Made by a program: the position numbers and the translations under genes. From contig JAPETS010000040.1 of assembly GCA_026023565.1 (NCBI GenBank), positions 62,001 through 126,000 of the forward strand: a DNA stretch of 64,000 nucleotides, in the 5' to 3' direction. Shown here one piece after another: positions 37,501-51,128 of this stretch (its first letter is position 1; the number at the start of each line of letters is the position of its first letter). This DNA is from Cirrosporium novae-zelandiae. Its lineage: Eukaryota. The notes under the pieces were generated by a model that had not been told where the DNA came from, did no database searches, and saw only the letters and a list, made by a program, of their open reading frames with translations.

Positions 37501-40500
37501 CGTTCTCCCCCTCCCCCTCCCCCTCCCACAACTCCATCCCCCATCACTTATTTTTCACTTTGTTTAGATTTCTGGTTAAAAATGAAAGGAAAGAAAAAGG
37601 ACATCCTTGCAGATACCTAATCTGGGTTGATCGGTTGATCCATTCAAGGATAAAGATACTCCATTTACGAACGGTACCTTGTGCCGTCTTCTTCTAGATT
37701 CAAGCTTATAAACGTTGTTGCAGTAGTACTAAAGTATCTCCGGATGCGCTACTGCGTCTCCTCCAGCTGTAAAGAAGAGCTTCCATTGACTGGATTCTTA
37801 TTTAGTAGCTAAAAGGACCGAAAGCCTTTTTCTCTCGACTTAATAAACTTAGGCATTTTGCCTATATGAACCGGGATTTCCGGATTTCATACATTGCTCC
37901 TCCTCCTCCGAGGGCTAAGGGAGACCTACAAATACCAAAATGCAAAGTGCGGAATAAAGGGATAATGTCAACTGCCTGTCAACTTTCTCCATTCTGAACC
38001 GCTCAACCGATGCTCAAATAAGGTCAAACCCACAAGAAACTCAAGTGACGCTTCCTTCGTCATGAATACGAGGACGAAAACGTGCGAATTCTCCTACAGC
38101 TCGGTTTGTATTGGCCTATTCCTTTTTTTGGACAAGTACCCAACAAAATATCAGAGTATCAGACATAGAGAATAGCCCGCCGGTAAACTAAAGCCTGGTC
38201 ATCACCCGGTCACCGTCACCACCACTACCAACCACCACCACCACCATCATCACATCGCTTATTGACGAGTTTCAAAAAAAGCCCAGCCCAACATCCAACA
38301 CCCAAATATCTGAGTAATCTGCACCATCTGCACCATCTGCATCATCCCTCTTAAGCGCTATGATGGTACGATCTAAGTTGGATTCTACTTTTATATTGTA
38401 GGCGGAGCGTTCCCATTCCACCGTCCTTTAGTATAGGGCTGCCATGTTATGGACCAGGATTAATTTAACTTGTCGACAGTATGACGACAGGTAGACTATC
38501 TGGCTTGTGAACTGTTGAACTTAGAAGCAACCTTCATGGTGAATCATCTAAAACATCAAGGCATCCAACAATTTAATCAACCCAATAAAATCCCAATAGA
38601 CCGTGACGAACGTATAAATTTGCAACTTGTTCCAGGATTAGTTGCTTACATCTACTTTACAGGGTGTCCCTTCCGTATTGCACCACAGGCACGGCCCGTC
38701 GCAAGAACCAATTCAACAAAATACATTTCAAATAAAAAAAGTTGTCAAAGTGATGTTAACAATATCGACGATCATCCACCCTCCTTTCTGAAATTACCAT
38801 GGATTTTGAACATGACTTCTTGTCTTCATTCGTGAATGCTGGACGGCAGACGTGGCTCGTAGGTAGACTATCAGACAGAAGCGGCAGAGAAGGGCAAGAG
38901 AAAACGGGCACATGATGAGAGTACAACAAAAGTCCAGCAGCTGAGATATGAGCTGTAGACCTGCAGACTACAGTACTGCATTAAATATTTTAACTGAGAA
39001 TATTAGATTCTTGACTGATAAGATACGGAGAATGATATGCGCCAGGTTTTGATGATTCACTGATTGACTTTGGATCTATGCTGCAGCTGGCAGGTTCACG
39101 ATGATCATAACTGCCCCGACGTCCAATTCAATTCCATTGAAGCTTTTGTCCATTTATGGCACACCGTGTTCCCCGGCCGCGGTGTCTTCGGTTCCTCTGA
39201 AGTCGGTAAAACATGACTGCTCATCGACTTGCCGGTTGATAATTCGTTGACTGTGTTGCCCACTTTTAACGCCTGTCTCTTGCAGGATTTCAAACTAGAC
39301 TTTGATGCTTAGTTACTGCTTACCTTCTACAGTAAGACTCTTTTTTCACCGGCAGTGTCACCGAAGGGAAAGAAACCTAAAGGAAGTCGGAAGTTGTTAG
39401 TCTAAGCTCACACAACTGACTACCTAGGCACCTAGGCACCTTAGGCAATTAGTAACCCAATTTGGTTGTTAATGGAGATGAAAAGACATTTCAGCTTGTG
39501 AATAACTAGAGGGTTTTGAAGGCATATTCCCACTAATTAGTTGCCGTCCATGGGTCGGGTATTAGAAATACCAACGAGTTAAAAGCTACCGAATAAATTC
39601 GTATGGACCTAATTAAACGTTTAGAAATCAATAGCCCTTAGAGATTCCGTTGGGGAGCATGTGTCTGGGTGTTTTTTTAGTAGCGCTGCAGGCCATGGAG
39701 AGATGCTGGCAGAGGCGCAAAAAAGCGCTGGCAAATGCCGGGCCCTTTTTTTTTTTTCTGTCTGTCTCTTGTCTCCCACTGTTTTTTTTTTCTCGAGGAG
39801 CCAAACAAGGTCTAAGGGACATGGCGTTTCAGTCTCGTGATCGAATTTGCATATGAATGATAACATGGGAAATATGCAATTTCAATTTGCTCCCTTTTTT
39901 TATTAGCTTCTGTCTTGTAATGTATGGACTATGTTGGTGGGGGTGGACGTAGTTGTTTGGACTGTATGTACATGTACCTAGGTAGCTGTATGTACTAAAT
40001 GTACCGTGGAAGTACCTCTTGTACCTTGAAGACCTTGGTAAGGCAGGTTGCGAGATTCGGTAGTCAATTCCCATTTGTCCCATTGTTTAGAAAGGCTACC
40101 CGCATCTCGTGTATCCTGGAAATTTGGAGGGTTGTCTCATCTTGTGATTGGTGGCAGATAGGTCCACGGAAATGTCCCGACAATCTGGCTATTTGCTACA
40201 ACAAGAGGGCGTATCCTTAGTTTCATCCTGGTATTTTCAGCCAACTCCTCGACGACGCGGCAGCCCTGCAGCAGTCAGTCTGACCGCATCAGATGGTGTT
40301 CAAATCAACGAAGAGCCCCATTATGCGGAACCCGAAAAACACCTTGATGTCGATGATTTTGAAAGAAAGAAAAAAAAAATTTAAAATCAGGATCAAATCA
40401 AAAATTAAAAGTAAATAAACAAATACAAAAAAAACAAAGATCAGCGATAACAATAATAATAAAAGGAAGAGTTTAAAAAAACAAACGATGTTGATTATGT

Positions 40501-43500
40501 CATATAATTAATTAATTAATACCTGTACCTGTTCCGAGGTTAAGAGGTGTCTTGATAAAAAATAAAAAAATAAAAAAATAAAAAAACTCTCCCAGTTGTT
40601 TGTCTCTTCGCGTGTGGCTTTGCTTCGATACCTTTCAATTCATCTCTACATCGGGAACTCGCAGAATACAAAATGCCCTTGACGCTGTTCTTCCCAATTC
40701 TCCTTTGATTGCCAGACTATTTCCTATCTATCGTTAATCATGTCAAAACTAGTTACCCTTACCTGCTTCTAAAGCTTCTTCGGTACTGCATTTAACTTAT
40801 TGCTGCATTGTCCGTCTGAACTTTCTTGAAGCAGCAAACCTCCCTGATGAATTTGGATCCATGTGGCATCATCCCACTATTCCTATCATCATTGCGTCGG
40901 CCATAATTTCTGTTAGAGGATGCATTTGTCAACTACCAATTGCAACATTTATTGTCATGGATTTCTAAAGTCATCTGCCAAATGTTTGCATTGATGAGCT
41001 GGCCTTCCTTGCAGTCTAGCGAATCCTATGAAGCTCTCCTTACCGCTCTCGTTCTAATAAAGACCAAGAAACGAACAACGGTCGATAAATTCTACCGAAG
41101 GAGTAGTTCTCTGTCTAAGTTATCCCGTCTTGAGAACGGTGAGATTCCTAGCAAAATGCGGGGCCCACGGCCTGGAGCTTAGAGCATGACTTAGAGATGG
41201 AAGAAGAGGATTAGACCAACTAAAGATTCAGATGTGGCGGGGTGAGTCGGAGTTTGAAGTCTTTCAGAAGCACCGTAGTACAGCTCCCGTATGTATGTAT
41301 GTTTGCCCCTGGTTATCTTCATCATACATTACTGTGGTTGTTGATGGTCGTTTGCACGATTCTGGAAGAGATCAGTATCAACCAGGAAGCATTTCAATCG
41401 GCTGTCAAATAATCTCCATCTACTGATATCCCAGCTTCCACGCGGGGCATGCATCCAGCCAATTGTGAACGATGACAAGCTCGGAGAAATTGCTGGAGGC
41501 CTGTAGCGAACTCGGTATAATTCTCTGGGGGTACCTGGGTATCGCAAAGCCGACGCTACATACATACCCTGGACGCGTCTCGAGTACAGCTATTCGACAT
41601 TATTAAACAGGCAAAACGGAAACGTCGGTCAATATTCGAATGAAACATCCGTCTCCTAAGGTGTGCTCAGCCACGACTCTATTGATTAGTTCGGCGAGTG
41701 GCTGAGCCTTATAAGTACACCAAACACATCATGCCCTAGCCTTGGAATGACAGATGCTGTATTGGCCGCTGTCATTGTCTAAGCCTTTATTCTTCATTGA
41801 TGCCAGCAAGCTAAGATTCCTGAATTTATCCTACCTATTATCGTGGTGGGATGGCCCTTGGCTTTTCTTTCTGGCACCTCAAACAGCTTTAGGCAGCCCG
41901 TGAAATCCCATAATTAATCGGAAGGATTAATTGGATTTGGAACATGAATGCCGAAGAACAAGCCGGGGTAGGAAAGTAAGAGGAGTATGATAAAGACGCA
42001 GCCATTCCAGCCATTACAGGGCGCTTGTTTACAGCTTGCGAGAATTCACCATTCTCTCATGAATTTACGAAAAATAATATGTGGAACTGGATGTGTTACT
42101 ATTGCAGCCGTGAAAGAAAATGTTAAGCAGATAGCCAATCAGGCTCCCTTGCTCCAAAATCTGACATGAAATCCACAAGTCGCTTGTGGCCATGATTCTG
42201 TTAATCCGAAGAATTCTTCAGCCCGTTTTCAAGTTGTTAGTACAGGGCTTTGAAAATTACTTTGCAAACCACTTTGCAAACTACTACATTTTGGAGGCCT
42301 TGGAAGTGTCGAGCCGCTATCGTACCCCACACTTTTCCTATGGGCTAGCTATTCAGCCATGTACGAACACCTGCATGCAGCTGATCAGGCGCACCGAGGC
42401 TGTTACAATATGAGTTAGTCAATTGTCTGCTGGAATTAAGTCATCAGGCTTCAGCCCGCAGCTTCTGGTTTTCTTTCAACGTGGGGGATAGATGGCTTCA
42501 TTTGCAGGGGCTATCCGAGACCTATAACCCATTTTTGACATCCACCTGGGCTCCATAATTATTTCCTAAATACCTATGGATGATGGTGTCTAGGTATCCC
42601 TCCTCCTAAATGATCATCCATCTAGCAAGATGCAGGATGACATGACAGCACCAATTTGGTATCTTTTCTGGTCTAAAGTCTGATCGAAAGAGGATTATCG
42701 GCGTCGGTCAATTTCTTGAACTTGGGGGAGGGGCAAACGGTAGGTGATGTTCGCCCGGCTAAGTGTATTTCTTGCATTGCACCAAGAACACTCCGGCATA
42801 ACGGGACACTCAATAGTGGTTTCTGCGTGGCGATGAACGAAGAATTTCAACTATTATAGGATCCCCGCGCTAGATACCTTTTTGGTACGAGTTCATTCAC
42901 TTACGTGATCGAAGTATTATCCTAGAATCCGTTCACACTCACTCTGCATACCTCAGTGATCTACACACCGTTACCACAGTGACTCAAGCTAGCATTTCAA
43001 ATGCTAATAAGCATAACCAACCAGCAAATCATTTTTCGACCAAGTCCCTTGAAGTTTACACAAACCCTTGGTTGTGGACAATTTATCTGCCCCGCCAGTG
43101 CGTCGTGTTTAACGGTATGAGCAAAAACTTGTTCTGCTGAAGTCACAACAAGTTTGACGTGGAGGATCGCTGGTGGCATCTGCAAATGAGTTCGTTGAAT
43201 CACCATGATCGGCATTCTTCAACGAAATTTTTGGTTTTAGAATCGAGAATAGCATCGTTGGGGCTTCGGAAAGGGGTGTCCTCAGTTAAGGGCGGCATCC
43301 AGAAACATTATGTTATTATTCTTCACGGCAGCGATCTCTTGAATTTCGCCAAGACGAATCAAGAATCATCATCTTCAGCTGACTCATTCACCTTCATAGC
43401 ATTACTACAGCCCTAGACCCTACGTTTTTAATTCCCCTGAACGAGTAGGGCTATATCTCGTTTTTGCTAAAGACCTTTCGAGCTTCTCGAATGCAATAGC

Positions 43501-46500
43501 TGGTTTAGGACCAAACCCGATGCTACTTGGAGGCCTTTCTAATGCAAGTTGGTAAAATATTACCGCCTTTGAAAGCCATCAATGTCCTAGGTGGCTTAGT
43601 ATGTTGGAGGGCTAAATACTAACGGCTTAGGGCTATATCATTTTCACAACCCCCAATACTTTGTTTTCAAAAGCAACTTAATTTTCGGTGGACCAGCTAA
43701 GTTCTACCACTAAGGAAAGTATCGACTTTGCACTTGGCTAACATTAAATGAGCCAAAGGAGTCATTTGATAGGCCTCATATATAACAAGAGGCCCTCCAT
43801 CGGCGTATCGCTTTCCCTTATAGGATTAAGGGATAAATTCCACCCTCCTCTCACCTAGGTATATCAGGTTCCCTGCCACACTTTCTTCCTATCTTTCCCG
43901 AGAATCTCAACTTGAAGCGTCTATCTAATGTACATAGGTTATGCAAGACGAACTAAATTATTGAAACAAAGGAGTTAATGTTATAGCTAGTGGAAGCAGG
44001 AAATTGAGTCCAGAAAGTGTGATTCACAAATGAAAGGTAATTGACAGGACAGGACAGCTGTGATATTCTCGTATTTTGGTGGTAAATGCAACGTGTCTAC
44101 GAATCAGCCTCAACGATAAGGTAAATCAATAATAATGGATGGAGTTTTCCCCCATATGGTCATGCTCCTTTTTTCCATGACAGCGCATAGATCAGTACAA
44201 AAAGTCGCATAGATCAAGCAGACTCGAAACCTCCAGACCGGTGGTAGGGAGGAGCGTGGGCGGGGCTTGGTCATCTAGGCCTTTTGCCCTGTCAATTGAA
44301 TTGGTTTGGTTTGCTGCCCTGAAAGGGTGTATTGAGCACAGAGCACCAATATCAACCCCGGTTCTCTTCCCCTGCTAATGCGGCACAGCCGTACCTTGTA
44401 CCTTTGCACCTTTCGTCTTTTCAAGTGCAACCACATCATCCCAGTAACAGCCGCGTCACGCTTTTCCTTTCCGTACGGCACCTCACATCCGTGCGTGTTC
44501 CACACCAGCCAAAGCTCTTAGAGGTCTTACAAAGCAACCCCTCCGACCGAAAAATGATATATCACATTTCTGATTCTTTTGAATCCTTTGCCCTCCTTTC
44601 AACCCCCAAAACCCCAATGGCGTACCTGCGCTGCACATCATCACCGGTCCAACGGCTCAGATTCCTTTGGTTCTGATTCCCCTCCAAGAATGATCTCCCC
44701 GTTTTTCCCACACAAGGCTGCTCCCGCAGGTTGCAGCAAAGAATTGCTTGCTGCACACTGCAACTCTCCCAGCGATTTGGACTTTGGGAGCGAGACGGCC
44801 CGTCGATAATCTCTTGGTTAATCTGTCAATCTTTCGAAGCCCCGAGGACCTGGGTTTTGTTTGTTATATGCGCACCCTTTGATCTGTGAGAAGATTGGAT
44901 GAATGAATATCAGTAGAACAAGGGTGGAGGGGTGTACATATATAAAGACCATCATCAAAGTGGATGATGGAATAAGTATTGTTTTCGTTATTTCTTGAAG
45001 AAGGGAAAAAGCATGCACATGGGAAATTTCATTTGGTTTGATCGGTATAAAAAACAAAAGTGTGCAGTATCTTTTTCCTTTCCCTATGATTTTTGATATC
45101 TTCCCTTCTGTGGAAAGGAGGTCACCTCTTTTTTGGCTATACATGACGTGCGAATATGATTGATTAGTTTTATCAAATCCTCCAAGCTTGCCTTATCTAC
45201 GAATATGCGAAGAAGCAAGTATGGAACAATTTGACTGATCAAAAAAACCGAATAGGTCAAGGCAGGTCAACTTTCATTTCTCCATTCATGCAAGGATGAC
45301 AAGAACTTCCATGTTCCAAATCTCAAATCCCCGAGTTTACTGTTTGCCTATCTATCTATCTATCTAGTTATCTATCTGTTTGCTTGCTCGCTTGTTCATT
45401 TGCCTATCAATCAAGAATCGCAGCACGGCGAATAACACTTACTTCCTAAGTTACAATTCCCTTGGTTACGTTTCATTATCTTACTACCATCCATCTCAAC
45501 ACTAAAAAATATTCTTGGCAAACGGGCTCATTTAGTTCATTTACTCACCGCTCCCATAAATCATAAACTATTCAGTACATTAACACATTACTTAACGGTG
45601 ATTTTTTTCTTTCTTTTGCTTTCCTTTATATGGATCTAATTGGTTGGTGTTTGAAGTGATATACTTGTTTTTTTTTGGATGTAACGGCGCATTCAGGCGC
45701 ATGCGCGTGGCAAACATACTTATCTACCTATCTACCTACCTACTCTACCTCCCCACATCTTTACAAACTTCCCTCTCACGTTCCACGATTCCCAAAATAC
45801 CTCCCCGAACCTCTTCCCTACGTGCTATAGTGACATATGCTCTTACATCCTAATCTAGGATGTTTTTTTTTATTCTAGAAAGAACGCTAGTGTGGATGAT
45901 GTACATGCATACACACACACACACACTCTCTCTCTCTCCCTCCCTTGATTTTTGTTTTCTAGAAGTATGACGATGATGATGATGGTAATGATGGTGGTGA
46001 AGTTAAGGTTTATACTAAACCATGCTAAACTAAGTTTCTTTGTTAGATGTCAGATCTCTTTTTTTTTAGAGGAGAGAAAAGAATTAACGGATCAATGTAC
46101 TTACATATTGAGTAAGTAAGTGAATGAATTAGTAAGTAATCAAGTATAAAAATCCCATAACCTCATACCCACCCTTCTCTTCCTTAATGATTTTCCAACG
46201 CCTTATCATACAGCATACACCAAACTTATCAATTAACTCTCACCTTTATAAATATTTATATCTATATTTATATTTATTTTCATTTTTACGGGGGCTAATG
46301 AGAGGCTTTTTTTTATGTCTATCCTTATATGTGTGTACATATATATTAATATCAGTTATCTAACTTACTTACCTATAAGATAGTTCATAATTAACAATTA
46401 ACCCTAGCTAATTCATTCAAGCTAGTTGATTATTAGCCCAAATTACAAAGTCAATTAGTCAAATCAACACCAAAAAAAAAAAAAGCTAAAACCCAAACCC

Positions 46501-47436
46501 TCATCCCTAAATCCCATCTCCCACTACCTTACCTATCCATCTCTCGTCGCCGCCATCAACAACCACCTACCTTCGTCCCTTTCTTTCTCTCTCCCTCCCT
46601 TCCCTTTATCTTAAACCCCCAAACTATAAATTATAAATCATAAACAAACTCTAAGCCACCACTAAGCCCCCAAAACACTTAAATCCCCGCATCCACACCC
46701 GAATCCGCACTCGCATCCGTACTCGTACTCGTATATCTATGGTTTATTATAGATCTATAATTTATACCCGCTTGTGAACTTACCTAATTACTTCCTTAGA
46801 TATTTTATTTAGTCTGGTTTAACCCCAATCTAGGTATTTTACTTAGTTATAACTAGTTATAACTAGTTCTTTGGTCCCGGGTCCCGGGGGCCCTAAGTTC
46901 CTGGTCTCTAGTTCCTGGTTTTTAATACTTCGAATCTCAGGTCCTCTCGGATGTTAGAATCTAAAGGTCAGAAGTTAGGAGGGTCTTGGTATTAAACTCC
47001 TGGCTTTTCAATTCTTCAACTCCCAACTCAACCCTAGCTTGACTCGACTCAACTCCCAGCTCAACTCCCAGCTTCCAGCTCAAACCCTAGCTTGGCTTGT
47101 CACTCCGATGGTATTGCCGACTCCAATCCCTTCACCCACCCACCCACCCACTCACTCACTCACCTACTCAATCCCGTATACAAATCCACATATACAAACC
47201 CACCTATACACATACAAACACATACTACCCCGTCTAGACCATTCAATTAACTATTAACCACATACCTTACCCACCTACCTACCCATCTACCTACCTAACT
47301 AACTACATAAACAAATAAATAAATATGAATACACAATCTCTAGTATCGAGTTGTTGTAGAAGTTGGTGGGAAGGGAAGGGAGAGGAAAGGAAAGGAAAGG
47401 AAAAGAAGGGAACGGAAAAAGAGAAAGAAAAAAACA

Positions 47437-47812
47437 TGGTTGTAGTTGTTTTTTTATTAGTATGATATATATGTGCATATGTGTGTGGTGTGTGTGATAT
47501 GGTAGAAAGCATAAAAGAAGAAAAAAAAATAGGGATATATATTATTGTTATAATCATAAGTAAATGAATAAATGGATAAATGAAAAAAAAGCAAGCTAGA
47601 TATTTTATATCCAGTTATATATACACCCCTTTTTTTTCTTTTTTTTTAAAAAGAGAAAGAGTGACTCCAGCTCCAGCTCCAGCCTTACTTTTCCATATTT
47701 TCCATATTTTCCATATTTTCCATATTTTCCATATTTTTCCAAACCCTCACCCTAGTTTTAAATCAAAATCAAAATTAAGCTATTTTTTTTTCATCTTTTA
47801 TATCTACCCTAG

Positions 47813-47854
<42 letters not shown>

Positions 47855-48420
47855 GAGTTGTGAGGTTTAGGGTGGAGGATATAAGGTGTTTTTATAGAGA
47901 GAGAGAGAGAGAAAGAGAAAAGGGGGGTAGAGGGAGGGAGATGCGGATGGGGATGAAGATGGATATATGAACATGATGAGAAAGTGACGTAGAAGAGAGA
48001 CGGGAATAGAGATTAAAGAGATGCATGGATAGATATTAAATATGATTGTAGTTGTGATTGTTTTTATCCATATAATATATAATATATAGTATGTGGTATA
48101 TGTAGTATGTGATATGTGATATATGATATTATAGAAAAAAAAAAGGTTATAGATATGTCATTTATAACTATGAATAAATGAATGAGTGAATAAAAAGCAT
48201 GTTAGATATTTATATATATATATCTATTTATAAATTATATATACGTAAAACTTACTAACCCCTCCTAAAGAAAAAAGAGAAGAAGAAGAAGAAATGAGTT
48301 GTGAGGTTTAGGGTGTGAGGTGTTTTTTATATAGAGAAAGTAGAAAGAGAAAGAGAGAGAAAGAAGAAAAAGGGGGAGGGGGGAGGGGAAGTGGGGATGG
48401 ATACACGAACATGAAGGGAC
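47437..48420. repeat. Degenerate tandem duplication (two copies) containing (AAG)n, (AG)n and (TTTTCCATA)x5
   Basis: Shared anchors TGAATAAATG..TAGATATT, GAAGAAG..TGAGTTGTGAGGTTTAGGGTG, GATGGATA..GAACATGA in both copies. Confidence 0.8.
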
Positions 48421-48565
48421 GAATCAAATAAGTATAATATAGATGTATATATGTATAGTATGTATTATGTACTGTACATAACGACTGACTCGAATTTAAT
48501 TAATCTGCGGTTTTTTTAAAAAAAACTTGTGAGTTGTGAGTTGTGTATTGTTGTATGAGAGTTTG

Positions 48566-48618
48566 CATACATACATACATACATACATACATACATACAT
48601 ACATACATACATACATAC
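48566..48618. repeat. (CATA)n microsatellite, about 13 units
   Basis: Direct reading. Confidence 0.95.
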
Positions 48619-48889
48619 CTGGACATATATATTCACGTATATGAGGAAAGCAACGATCACATTTCATGAAAATGGAGGTGTAGGTGTAAGTGTAAGTCCA
48701 AGTGTACGTTGTTAGTGTAAGAAGAAGAGGGTATTTCATTTGGGAATTTTTATTACTATTCATCGTACCTCTACCTCCCCCCCTCCTTCCTTCCACTACA
48801 GCACAATAGAACACAACACAACCCACCCTATCCACCCTATCCACACCCTCCCCCAAGCCCCAAGCCCCAAGCCCCAAGCCCCAACTCAT

Positions 48890-50761
48890 CTAACTCCCCG
48901 GCCTCCCTGTCCCAGACGTGCTTCCCCCACCCCCACCACCCCTCTTCATTAATCCCGCAAAGAAACTCGCCAGCGCTTCATTTTGTGCTTTGCTTTCTGG
49001 AGAGCCTACAGAAGGAGTAGCAGTAGTGGATGTTTGTTGGAGATCTCGTTCGGGGGTTTGGGTTGATTCGCGTTCCTTTTTTGGAGAGAAGAGTTGGGGT
49101 TAGTTTAGGGGGGAAATGGGGGGATATGGGGGAGTTAGACATACTTTTAGTTTTCTAATCATATCTTCGGCATCGACTTGGATACCGCCCATGTTGAATT
49201 GAACGGGTCCGATATGTTCGTTTACTCTCCCAGCCCCTTCGACCACGCTTGGACCGATCGGTTCGTCTTTGAGTGGTTGTTCACCCCTGGCTGCGCTAAT
49301 GGCCGCCATCATCTTCCTCTGCTTTTCATTTTCGCGCTCGTCTTCTTCTTTCAGTTTTTCGACCTTTTCAACCTGGCTGGCTAGGAAGTCCTGAGTGCTC
49401 ATGCTGGAGATTTCAATAGCGAGGGATTTCTTGGATGTGATTGCGATGGCGTTGGAGGAGGTGGCTTGGGAATCGCTGGAGAGGCCGGATAGGGAGCCGC
49501 GGCGTTTGGGGTCCTGGATTACTTCTTCGTACATTCGGATGGCGGCTTGGGATTGTTCGGGTACTTGGGGTTGCTGTTGCTGTTGTTGCTGTTGAGCCGA
49601 GTCGGAATCGGAATCGGGTCTTTGTTCGGAGAGACCGGTCTCGGGTGCTTGGGTGCATACCGGTTGGATGTCGACTGACCAGCCGGCACTGACGTTCTCG
49701 AGATCAAACCCTTCTCTTATGATACGGATTTTGCCCCAGGAATCCCAGTTTGGTGGGACCAGAACTCGGTCTCGGTCTACAACGTTGTGCTTCAATGGGT
49801 GCCTCTTCAGCAAGGAATAAATCCCCAGTGACGAATGTATCAACGTCTGTAACGAGTTGGTTACCGCCGGCGTAGAGTATATCAACGAGGCTCCGTGCTT
49901 CAGGAGAATCGTTCGAATAAACTGCTGCACGAAATCAAATTCTTCCTCTTGCCAGCCGTAATCCTTTTCTAGGACCTCAATCTTTTCGGCGTACTGGCAA
50001 ACCACGCATAGCGGGATCCCGAGTTCTTCGTCCCATTCTCCAGGTCCGAGAGGAATCGTCACGGCAGGGTCTGCAGTCGTAGTGCCTCCGCCGCCATCAA
50101 GCGCATTTCCACCTCTTCTCCGATCCCGCCACTCCGACATTGCTTCTTCCATGGCTTCTTTCGTTTCATCATCTAGACTTGATGTCACTGATAGGAGTAG
50201 AGATATCCAGCTCCTCAATTGTCGAACCCACGCCCATGGCTCTGCCCAATCAAGGAGAATCACTGCTAGTGTATCTGGTAGGGTTTTTGGTCTGAGAAGT
50301 GGGCGAAGTAAAGGGGCGAAGGCGGGGGAGGGTTCAGACAAGAGGTAGAGTGATAAGCGGGCCAAAGTGTCTAGAGAATAACGAATTAGTAAATGCAAGA
50401 TTATGATCGCAGGAAATATGACTTTACCTTCATGATCTGCATCCCAGACGTCTTGATATGTATACCCCAAAGCAAACCGATTCGCAACTGGAGGGGGCTT
50501 CTTCGACCGTCGGTCAATTCCAGTATCTGTAGATAGCCCCTCTAGAAAATCCTTTTGCGACTCGGGTGTGCCTCCTAACCCTTTCAATTAGTTTCCGTAG
50601 AAGCATATAACACTAATATGTTTGGAATGTTAGGTAGACTAACCCAGAACCAAAACATTCTTCTCAGGCAGTCTTTTTCCGCTGGCTACATTATCCAGCA
50701 TGGTAGACCACATATCTTTCTTGGGAGCATCTTTGGCTTTTGATCGACTGAGCCCATCCAT
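48890..50761 (-). CDS. Cytoplasmic dynein light intermediate chain
   Basis: MWSTMLDNVASGKRLPEKNVLVLGG, PPVANRFALGYTY, ILLKHGASLIY, VPPNWDSWGKIRI, QNEALASFFAGLM; introns 50643-50575, 50427-50371 and about 49144-49076. Confidence 0.93.
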
Positions 50762-51128
50762 CTTTGATAGTTGCCCTGAATACTGATCGCTAACGGTTGT
50801 CACGATGGTTGGAGGTGTTTGGAATTCGGGATGAAATGGGGATGGCACCAGAGGGCATCAAATTCTTTTTAGCTCAGCGAAAGAAGTTAAAGAAAGTCAC
50901 GTAGATTTGGTGCATTCGACAAAAGATCATCTTTGGCGCAGGCTTAGTTGCACATCTGGACTATGACCTAGGTAGGGGAGGACGCGCCGATGAGCTTGAG
51001 CGGCCTCGCTTCAAACCTCCGTCTCCCGTTTCCAGGTCTTTAAAAGTTACCAGCGGCAACCCTCGCTCAAAACATATCCTACATCTACCTCTCCACATTG
51101 CTGCCTATACCTCTATTGACAAATCGCC

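Noticed and set aside
43446..43639. 12-bp direct repeat TAGGGCTATATC about 180 bp apart, as a target-site duplication
   Set aside because: No terminal inverted repeats or other element features between the copies
35375..47816. Many 60-160-aa ORFs in the desert
   Set aside because: Low-complexity or microsatellite-derived, with no motifs or coherent splice chains
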